From the NCBI GenBank assembly GCA_977020255.1, contig CDROCS010002027.1, positions 124,001 through 188,000 of the forward strand: a stretch of DNA of 64,000 nt, in the 5' to 3' direction. Origin of the DNA: Obrimoposthia wandeli (Eukaryota). A model generated the notes under the pieces. That model had not been told where the DNA came from, made no database searches, and saw nothing but the letters and a program-made list of their open reading frames with translations. Below are positions 9,672 through 18,237 of this stretch, one piece after another. Positions within the stretch are counted from its first letter, which is position 1, and each line of letters begins with the position of its first letter. A program made the translations under genes and the position numbers.

Positions 9672-9807
9672 TAATAAAACCTACTGCATTTGACACTATT
9701 TAAAAATAGAAGATAACTTACACCAACCATCTATAACTTAACATTACTGATGAAATGCTAAAGATCAGATCTAACAAGGTTTTCCATCAATACTTGCTAA
9801 TCACGCT

Positions 9808-11136
9808 TTACAACTTCAGTGAGCTCAAGTCGCACTGCTGATTACTAAAACAAACAATGCTGTTAAGCAATTGTTGGTACTCTTTATTAAAAGTACCTCT
9901 GCGCCACAAAGCCCCTTTTAGTAACTCTTGGTTATCAGCAACACTTTTTTCAGCAAATAAGCGATTTTCCTTATCATCGATGCATGCTTGCCATTGGTTA
10001 TCATCAGCTTCTTGCTCGTAGTACTTACAATCTTGATACTGCCCAGCAACCCCATAATGAGCATCATCAGGGCTTACTGAAACCCCCGTATGTGAAACAT
10101 TCAGATATCGGTAATCAGTGCCTTTAAAGTGTTGCTGGATTTTCCCTAGCGCAACTTCTTTAATAGAGCGACAGTTAACTAATGGTTCTTTTGAAAGCCC
10201 TTGATACCAAAGTAATAACTTGCGCTCATGCACAGCGTATTTGCAGAAGAACTCACGCGCCGCCTGTGGATTGATAGTAGCATCATCGGCACTCACTGCC
10301 ATTAATACTGGAACATCTACTTGGTATTTTTTACTCAACATCCCTTTAGTCAGCTCATAAAATTGAGAACCAGCATTCGTGGAAAAGGAAGAGTATCTTG
10401 CTCCATCTCTATCACGTTTTACATCTAACCAACTTTTAACATGCTTCAAGTAGCTTGCCAGCCAAGCAAAATCGCTGTTAGCTTTAACCGCAGTTGATAG
10501 AAGCACTAAGCCCTTTATCTTTTCAGGCTTTCCATTAGCTTGTAAATGCTTAATCGCCAATGAGGTGCCTGTCGAAAAGCCGATGAGGTAAAGCTCATCC
10601 ACTGCGGGTTCTTGAGCAAAGCTATTTACTCCATAATTAGTGATACCCATCCAATCTTGGTACTTCATAGCTAATGTATCTCCTACCACGGTTCCATGTC
10701 CTGGTAACAATACTGCTCTTATCAGCGCACAAGGATAGCTAACCGCTAATGATTGGCCCATATTCTTTAATAGATAAGGCGAATCAGTTAAACCGTGTAT
10801 CAGCAAAAAACCTTTTGCTGCGCCTTTACTTGTATCCTGACACCTATCACTCGCTTTGTGAGGAATCTGAAAAGGCCCGCGCATACTCGCCACTTCTGCA
10901 GCACTATATCCTCCAATATAAGGGGATTTGTGATTAATAAATCGTTGTTTTTCTAGTACCTTTATAATATTTTTACGACTAGAAGCAACATATTGCTCAA
11001 AAGGTAAATTTATATCTTTTGGCACACCAGCCGCACTACCCGATGGCGTTAACCACGTTTGACTTGAACTACAACTCACTATTGCGAGCAAACCAATAGT
11101 TATAATTACAACTTTGAGCATGTTGAATATTGCCAT
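9808..11136 (-). CDS. Putative lipoprotein alpha/beta hydrolase (esterase/lipase-like)
   Basis: Lipobox-like LAIVSC; oxyanion motif LIHGLTDSPY; nucleophile elbow GFSTG; LLPGHGT. Confidence 0.8.
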   Translation of the reverse strand: MAIFNMLKVVIITIGLLAIVSCSSSQTWLTPSGSAAGVPKDINLPFEQYVASSRKNIIKVLEKQRFINHKSPYIGGYSAAEVASMRGPFQIPHKASDRCQDTSKGAAKGFLLIHGLTDSPYLLKNMGQSLAVSYPCALIRAVLLPGHGTVVGDTLAMKYQDWMGITNYGVNSFAQEPAVDELYLIGFSTGTSLAIKHLQANGKPEKIKGLVLLSTAVKANSDFAWLASYLKHVKSWLDVKRDRDGARYSSFSTNAGSQFYELTKGMLSKKYQVDVPVLMAVSADDATINPQAAREFFCKYAVHERKLLLWYQGLSKEPLVNCRSIKEVALGKIQQHFKGTDYRYLNVSHTGVSVSPDDAHYGVAGQYQDCKYYEQEADDNQWQACIDDKENRLFAEKSVADNQELLKGALWRRGTFNKEYQQLLNSIVCFSNQQCDLSSLKL

Positions 11137-11319
11137 TTATGTTCTCCTTTATTCTATTGAGCTCGCTTAGGGAATGACCCAAGCTGTTGTAATTGATAAC
11201 TGATTTAAGCTCTCACTGTTAAACATTCATGGCTTAACTTTTACTTCAGTTAATGAGAAATTATAATTCTAAGCCTACCTTATATAATGCTACGATTATG
11301 TTTATTCTATATATTAAGA

Positions 11320-11386
11320 CACTAGTGTCCGGCTTAAAAAAAGATGTGAAGCTATAGGAGCTGCTAGTGTTAACTAGACAGCTATT
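11320..11386. repeat. Possible internally deleted derivative of MITE family 1 (67 bp)
   Basis: Starts CACTAGTGTCCGG (full-length terminus CATTAGTGTCCGG) and ends TTAACTAGACAGCTATT (full-length TTAACCGGACAGCAATG); no target duplication visible. Confidence 0.5.
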
Positions 11387-11406
11387 TTCCAAACCTGAGG
11401 TTAAGC

Positions 11407-11950
11407 GTGAAACATTCTATAATATTAAGATAGTATTAACGGCGATTACAGCTTTCATTTCAATTGGTTGTTCTGCCTTTTGCGCAGCTTAATAGCTGTT
11501 GAAACGACCTTTAACAGCCAAAGATCCAAGCTTTATTGTAGTATCAGTCGCTCATCTATCGGATGCTAACGGTAACCGGCCAACTGAAATTTTCAGTGAA
11601 ACGTTCTATTATTTGCTCAATAAAGTTCAAAACATATACTAAGATCGATCTTACAAAGTTTCGTTCAAAGAAGGCCGGGATAAAGCTGCTGAAGCCAAAA
11701 CTAACGATGCGTGAATTGAATAATTTACTGATGATGTCAAATACGAATACAAAGGGATAACTCTAGGTTTGTTTGTCGAATGAAGACAAACACTTGTTAT
11801 AAAGTGGTGAAACAAGGGCTCTGTATGCGTATTTATTAAGCAGTGTAATTGATACGCCGTGTCAAGAAGAAGATCAAAAGAGCTCGTATTTATCATTTAT
11901 CACACCAATTATATATATTCATATATTGTTATGCAGCTAGCACTCATACC
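11407..11950 (+). pseudogene. Probable heavily decayed gene for a secreted protein; end coordinate approximate
   Basis: GAGG plus GTG start; signal-peptide-like IKIVLTAITAFISIGCSAFCAA; then one frame stays protein-like (…DANGNRPTEIFSETFYYLLNKVQ…FTDDVKYEYKG…) with repeated stops. Confidence 0.35.
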
Positions 11951-12060
11951 TGCTGCACACAAAGCAGATCTAACGCCCCATGGAACATAGGCAATTCGAC
12001 ACCAGCTTATTTTGCTGTATGTATGCGGAATGTATTAAAATATTTATACAATACAAAGGT

Positions 12061-12705
12061 ATGGTAACAATCTGTATGCTATTTATTAAGTCACTTCATC
12101 TACCTAATTATATTTCTTTATTAACGCTGCACTCGCAAGCATATCCGCCTATTTCATAAAATCGCCTTGATAACAACATTGATATTAAACTAAGCACCTT
12201 CAATAACAGTCAGTTTAAACAAGTCACCGCAACTTTTTATACAGTGAAGTCAAAAGCGTTAGTTTTCAGAGTCGTCTCTGACCTAACATTAGCACCTGAA
12301 TGGTTTGCCAACCTCTCTTCTATTGAAACTCTAGCCATTTATAGCAATAGTCATTTTTTATTAAGTAGCATATTATCCAGTCCATGGCCCTTTCAAGATC
12401 GCCAATTAATTACCTGTGTAAATACTCAATTTTTAACTGACAGCACTCACATTGCGCTTAACACTTGCCCCCATCAGCAGCCTATCAATAAGCAGCTATT
12501 GAGTATAAGCAATGCACAATCTAGCTGGGACATCACACAAATAAACGAAACACTGGTACAAGTGCGTTACCAAGCATGGATTGACCCAGCAGGTTATGTT
12601 CCCGCCATTTTCTTCAATACGTTATTAAGCGCAACTACTCGCCGCTCGCTAACAAAACTGCGCACACTTATATCTAATGCAGAACCTGAAGATTATGATT
12701 ATTAA
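12061..12705 (+). pseudogene. START/lipid-binding domain protein interrupted by an in-frame stop
   Basis: ATG 12061 is in frame with ORF 12244-12705; TAA at 12157-12159; START-like motifs SPWPFQDRQLI, QVRYQAWIDPAGYVPA. Confidence 0.6.
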
Positions 12706-12797
12706 CTGCTAATACTAATCTAGCTGTCTAATTGACATTATAATCCACCCATTTATGAAAAATATGCTATTTTTCGATACATAAAAATTCTTTAAAT

Positions 12798-12950
12798 CAT
12801 TGCTGCCAGGTTAAAAAATGTAAGCAATCTTGCCGATTGATTTGTGGCTTTCTATCATAGATAATTCGATACTTTTCAGCGAAATGGCACTCGTCGTTAA
12901 CATAAAATCAATAAGTTAAAGAACAACAAAAATTAAACCGAACATCAAAG
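12798..12950 (+). mobile_element. MITE family 1, degraded copy
   Basis: 153 bp, homologous end to end to 41122-41273; flanks TCTTTAAAT and ACTATAAAT match at 7 of 9 positions. Confidence 0.8.
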
Positions 12951-13110
12951 ACTATAAATAAATCCAAAATGGATTATCTAACGTAACTTAAAGTTGTGAT
13001 ATAATTATATTCTTTAACTATTTCAATAAGTTCAATTATAAGTTGATAAATCTTATAGAAATTCACAGAAAATATTTCCATAGACCACCGAGATACAGTA
13101 TAAAGGCGCC

Positions 13111-13968
13111 ATGAAAACTCCAAAACGCATTCAACCATTAGTCGACGATGGATTAGTCGACGAAGTTATCTCTCGCTTAATGAGCGGCAAAGAAGCCGAC
13201 GTGTATGTAGTACGCTGTCATAACGAAATCCGCTGCGCTAAAGTTTATAAAGAAGCTGCCCAACGTAGCTTTAAAAAAGCAGTTACTTATCAAGAAGGAC
13301 GTAAGGTACGTAATACACGTCGTTCACGAGCAATGGAAAAAGGCTCCAAATATGGCCGTAAGCAGCAAGAATCTAGCTGGCAAAATGCTGAAATAGACGC
13401 ACTTGCAAAACTTGCAGCTGCGGATGTTCGAGTCCCTAAAACCTATGGCTGCTTAGATGGCGTTCTATTAATGGAACTCATCACAGATGAACACGGCGAT
13501 GTTGCACCGCGCCTTGGTGACGTCACTATGCCTGCTGAACAAGCAGAAGAAGATCACGCTTTATTAATGGTATATATCATGCGCATGCTTTGCGCGGGTG
13601 TTGTACACGGTGATTTATCTGAGTTCAACGTGCTAGTTGATCAATATGGCCCCGTCATTATTGATTTACCACAAGCAGTAGACGCATCTGCCAATAATCA
13701 TGCTAAATCAATGCTGATTCGTGATGTTGCCAACATGACTAATTACTTTGGCTTGTTTGCCCCGCATTTATTAGAAAGTCATTATGCTGAAGAAATGTGG
13801 GAGATTTACGAAAACGGTAAGTTAACGACTGACACCGAATTAACCGGCAAATTTAAGCATGCGACGCAAAGCGCTGATGTGGATTCTGTTATGGGTGAAA
13901 TAAAAGCGATATTACAGGAAGAAAGTGCCCGTCAAGAACGCATGAAAGAGCTTGAAGAAGAAGATTAA
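13111..13968 (+). CDS. RIO1-like serine/threonine kinase (PA4780-like family)
   Basis: LMSGKEADVYVV, CAKVYK, catalytic HGDLSEFNVL, IIDLPQAVD. Confidence 0.9.
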   Translation: MKTPKRIQPLVDDGLVDEVISRLMSGKEADVYVVRCHNEIRCAKVYKEAAQRSFKKAVTYQEGRKVRNTRRSRAMEKGSKYGRKQQESSWQNAEIDALAKLAAADVRVPKTYGCLDGVLLMELITDEHGDVAPRLGDVTMPAEQAEEDHALLMVYIMRMLCAGVVHGDLSEFNVLVDQYGPVIIDLPQAVDASANNHAKSMLIRDVANMTNYFGLFAPHLLESHYAEEMWEIYENGKLTTDTELTGKFKHATQSADVDSVMGEIKAILQEESARQERMKELEEED

Positions 13969-14091
13969 CGCTTTAAGCTAATACTAGATTTGATAGTGTA
14001 TTTTGAGTTATAAAAATCACTATCATATTAACTCTTTAATCATTTCTTCAAAAAAGATACACAAGTACACATCTTCTTAACTAGATAACGG

Positions 14092-15056
14092 TTATTGCAA
14101 TTTATCTTTCACGTTCGTTATTAAATTATACAATACCACTAACAAAGCACCGAATATCAACCCTATTATTACTGTAATAATAGAAGGTACTAATAAGCTC
14201 ACTATGCTCGATATATCAGCTATCTTCTCTAATATCAGATGATTAAATCGCGTTAATAATGCAGCGCCGTGTTCAGCGGGCATACCTCTTTCTAGCACTG
14301 CAAAATCACCTTTAAATTTCAATGCTTACCATGAATATAAGTTAAAGATTTAATCAGCTTTGGCGCCAACGCTAATAATGCTTCGAACTCTAGTTTCTGA
14401 TCTTCAAAATACACCTTAACCAAGTACTGCCCTGAGTTTCAAACATAAAATATATTTAAACCCTAGGCGTCGTTATAATGCCATCAAGATTAAAGCAACT
14501 AACCCATACACTGCAAAAGTAATCAATACAGCTACCAAGGAAACCACTAAGACTTGAGTACTCAAGCTCGCCTATTGCACGGATCCTAATGCGATTACTG
14601 TTATTTCAGCAGAAAGAATAAAATCAGTATCATAGCAAGATTTTTACCTTTTCTATGAGCTGAGAATGAGCTATCTACTAACTGCGCCTATCCGTTTGTT
14701 AACACTTTCACCTTCTTGAAGTTAAATCTGCCAAACTTTATTACAGCACCTTCAAAGCAAAGAAAGGCACCACCGAGTATTAATAACGGGGTAATTAACC
14801 AGGGTATAAATGCACTGATGAGCAATGCGGCGGGCACTAAAATAAGCCTGTTTTTAAAAGAGCCTCGCGCAACCGCTAACACGACAGGGATTTCTCGCTC
14901 GGCACGCACTTTAAAATTTATTCCCGTCATACTTTTCAGCATTTAAGTGCTAAAATCGACATCCTGCGGTTTAACGGAGACTTTACTTAAAATGGCCACA
15001 TCATCCAATACTGTCGCAATATCATCGAGTAGTGTTAGTAAACTTGTTCCTGCCAT
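14092..15056 (-). pseudogene. yedI: DUF808/YedI family membrane protein, multiply disrupted
   Basis: MAGTSLLTLLDDIATVLDDVA, then stop at 14943-14945; fragments [16 protein letters not shown]…GGAFLCFEG and TDFILSAEITVIALG…VYGLVALI are separated by stops and frameshifts. Confidence 0.85.
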
Positions 15057-15098
15057 ATTTGCTCCCTGATTTAATTAATTTTGTTTTTTAAAACACTT

Positions 15099-16158
15099 CC
15101 TGATTAGCCATAAGACTCCGCTAACTTTAAATACATTGGTAGCAGGTCGCTCATCTTTATTTCACCCAACTGAATGGAAATAAGCGTTCTAAGTTGTATT
15201 ATGGTTAATAAACAAAATTCAGCTAAATATCTTGGTAGATGCTTCGAGTGGATTGAATGACATGTGCCTGATAAAGCTGTTTTTACATTTCCAATCATCG
15301 TATTTACCCATTTAAACTCTTTACTATCAAGTAGCTCCAAGTTCCCTCCGCACTTTATTCGCGTATGACGGCAACCTGCTTCCGTGACGGCTGTAAAACA
15401 GGCTAGTTTGTCAGAAGTAACTTCACTTCCCGATGATAAATGCTTATTAGCCCACGCTTCAATAGTCTTCAATTTGAAGCCATGATGATGTCAAAAAGCG
15501 GTGCCCTATGTTGTTGATCCGACACAGCAGTAACAGGTGTCTGGTTTTATTCTCTGATCAGGATACCACTCCCAGTTTGTCGGTCGAAACAAACACTTGT
15601 TATAGCATCTAATTGTATTATTCCTGAGATGGGCGTTAAGTCATTAAGCTATTTCATGCCTTGGAGAAGTTTATGCCGAATTGACCAAGCCGTTTTGTAA
15701 TTAACACCAAGCTGTCTTTTAAGCTCAAGCGCAGAAATACTTGTTTTAGACTGGGTCACTAAGTGCATGGCCATAAACCAAACTGTTAAAGGTAATTTCG
15801 TCTTTGAAAATAATGTGTTGCTGGTAAGTGAGGCTTGATAGTGGCATTTATTACATTGGAATAAATTACGATTTTTAAGGTGACAATAGTGAGTAAAGCG
15901 TTTACAGCCAAAAAGAAACGGGTGAATTCAGGTCTTGAGGCCTCATCTCTTACCTGCCATTTAAATAATGCTGCTTCACACTGCTCCTCAGTTAACCATT
16001 TAAGTAGAAACACTCTATCAGATCTGTTCAATAATAGCGGTGCAAATTTGATATTGGATTTTGTTGATTGACATAACGACCCCCAAGCAAGCACTGAATA
16101 TAAATATAGTACTGATTTTTTAATCAGCTATCAATAGCGGAGGTATGTGGCTATCACA
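15099..16158 (-). mobile_element. IS1595-family insertion sequence relic with fragmented transposase
   Basis: Fragments MSINKIQYQ (ATG 16074), TEEQCEAALFKW, FQCNKCHYQASLT…TKLPLTVWF…ISALELKRQLGVNYKTAW, VIGNVKTALSGTCH…KHLPRYLAEF-like, KLAESYG*. Imperfect terminal inverted repeats at 15099-15121 and about 16137-16158. Confidence 0.85.
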
Positions 16159-16302
16159 CTTTGCATTTGAAGCATAACAAAATTCAACTTTAAAGATACT
16201 GAGCAGCTGCGCTCCATCCTCTTTACAAATATTTTATTAAATTTAATACTTCTCGAACATTTCATTTACTAGGGGGGCTTAAGTATCATATGGAGCTTAC
16301 AA

Positions 16303-16317
16303 ACTGGTCAGACCAGT
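16303..16317. promoter_or_regulatory. Putative GntR/FadR-family operator upstream of glcG-like gene
   Basis: Palindrome ACTGGTC-A-GACCAGT containing TGGT-N3-ACCA, 82 bp upstream of ATG 16400. Confidence 0.6.
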
Positions 16318-16399
16318 ATGAATAATGCTGGCTATATCTTGTATAAAACAGCAGCATTAGTAAATTAACCGATAAATTTCTTAAACTAAAGGATCCATA

Positions 16400-16834
16400 A
16401 TGCTCACTATTAAAAGATTATCTCATGATGAAGCGCGATTATTAATTGACGGCGCACGCATCAAAGCGCAGCTAATTGGTATACCTATGTGTATAGCTGT
16501 GACTGATGAATCAGGTGTTTTGATTGCATTTGAACGTATGGACGGCGGTAAAACAACCAGTGTCGTTATCGCTCAAGATAAGGCTTTTACCGCAGCAGCA
16601 GCGCGTAAAGCTACTCACGATTACAACACTGCTTGTGTACCTGGCAGTTTAGCTTTTGGTATCCATACAGAACATGGTGGACGCATCTCAACTGTTGGCG
16701 GTGGTTTACCCGTGTATGATGGAGAAGATGTTGTCGGCGGTATCGGTTTAAGTTCGGGAACACCACAACAAGATATGGAATGTGCACAAGCGGCAATTGA
16801 GCACTTTGAAAAGCACCGTACCCAACTTAGCTAA
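16400..16834 (+). CDS. GlcG/HbpS family heme-binding protein
   Basis: IAVTDESGVLIAFERMDG, IAQDKAFTAA, GGGLPV…VGGIGLSSG…QDMECA; AAGGA ribosome-binding site. Confidence 0.9.
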   Translation: MLTIKRLSHDEARLLIDGARIKAQLIGIPMCIAVTDESGVLIAFERMDGGKTTSVVIAQDKAFTAAAARKATHDYNTACVPGSLAFGIHTEHGGRISTVGGGLPVYDGEDVVGGIGLSSGTPQQDMECAQAAIEHFEKHRTQLS

Positions 16835-17091
16835 TCTACTAACGCTCTACAATAATGCCATTGATTTAACTATTAATATTGCTACCCATTAGTAGTAATA
16901 CCTATTAATGGCATTAATCTAAAAAACAGGGAACAAGTCCCTATGCCCGAGCACACTAGATTATTAGTAATTTAGGTAACGGTTACCAACGAACTGGTTG
17001 TCCGGCAAAAAACATCACCAAAGAGCACGAATGCCCCTCTACGACCCGTAGCTTAGATCTCTAAGCGGCCAATTCCATTGTAAAAAACTTA

Positions 17092-17189
17092 TAAAGGACT
17101 AGCCATTCGCTCCGCATTCTTCCGCGGATTTAAGCGCTTATCTGCCCGCAGGGATCATTTAGAGACTTTTTCGCTATTCCCCTAATTAT
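17092..17189. repeat. Dispersed intergenic repeat, family 2, copy 2
   Basis: 72 of 98 positions identical, ungapped, to 3398-3495. Confidence 0.8.
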
Positions 17190-17196
17190 CAAACCT

Positions 17197-17221
17197 CATA
17201 TTGCTAATAATTAGCAATATG
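17197..17221. repeat. Perfect 12-bp-arm palindrome
   Basis: CATATTGCTAAT-A-ATTAGCAATATG. Confidence 0.85.
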
Positions 17222-17635
17222 TAGTTTAGGTAGCAAAATTTATTATCTGTACCAAATAAGATGATATCTGACATAACCTGGCAGGAATCATTAAGCTTGA
17301 AACGGGCTCTTGTTAATTCCCTAGATAAAATCAGATAACGCTTTAGCCTTCAACTATTCCTCTTAAATATGATACTAAGCTGTGCCTGTTTAGTATCTAG
17401 TGGGAAAATAGACAAGGAAAAACGCAGGAAATGACGTAATTCATTGAAGTAATTGAGCCGGTTTTTAACACCGCATTATTGAGTATGGTGGTTACGCCGA
17501 GATATCACTAAAACTGGATATGATTTAGATATGCCCAAGCGATATTCTAGTTTATAGTGCGTTTAAATGAATGCTATCTTTACTTATCACTGTCGTTTTC
17601 AGTTTCTCAATATATTACTTAAAAAGGATCCGAAA

Positions 17636-17965
17636 TTGCATTGGATATATTTAGCCTTAGCTATCATGGCGGAAGTTATTGCCACTTCTTATTTAAAAAG
17701 TAGCCAATCTTTTACACAAATCATTCCCACTATTATTTCTATTGTAGGGTATACCGTTTCTGTCTATTTGCTTTCGCTTACCTTAGAAACATTAACGATT
17801 GGCATTGCCTATGCAATTTGGGCGGGTGCTGGTGTCGCTATGATAGCGATTATCGGCTGGGTGATTTTTGGACAAACTTTAGACATAGCCGCTATCATTG
17901 GTATCTTATGCATCGTTATTGGAGTGATCATTCTGAATGTCTTTTCCACCAGCGTATCACATTAA
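17636..17965 (+). CDS. SMR (EmrE/QacE) small multidrug efflux protein; likely TTG start at 17636
   Basis: WIYLALAIMAEVIATSYLK with the conserved membrane Glu; GIAYAIWAGAG; AAGGA upstream of TTG. Confidence 0.88.
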   Translation: MHWIYLALAIMAEVIATSYLKSSQSFTQIIPTIISIVGYTVSVYLLSLTLETLTIGIAYAIWAGAGVAMIAIIGWVIFGQTLDIAAIIGILCIVIGVIILNVFSTSVSH

Positions 17966-18237
17966 TAGAACGACATTATTTACGAGTAATAAAATAAGGA
18001 TGAGCGACTTAATAAATATCATTTATAACACTAGGTTCACTTATTGAACTGATAAAGTACTTACACCACTGACACTCCTATACCACCTTTAACTGCAGCA
18101 ACTTGAGTAATAAAATTGTGACATAAACCAAGTAGCTATATAATTCAATCTATATCACTAAACGCAAGTAGGCCTAAATATTTACCGCTCACCAGTATAG
18201 AGAGGGTCTCAATTTAGCTTTATGAGGAATAGCCTAT

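Noticed and set aside
11563-12067. Short ORFs 11563..11760, 11651..11896 and 11849..12067
   Set aside because: No motifs; they overlap each other in different frames over what looks like a decayed gene.
15104-16094. ORFs 15104..15472 and 15786..16094 as functional genes
   Set aside because: Fragments of one frameshifted IS1595 transposase; the element is not autonomous.
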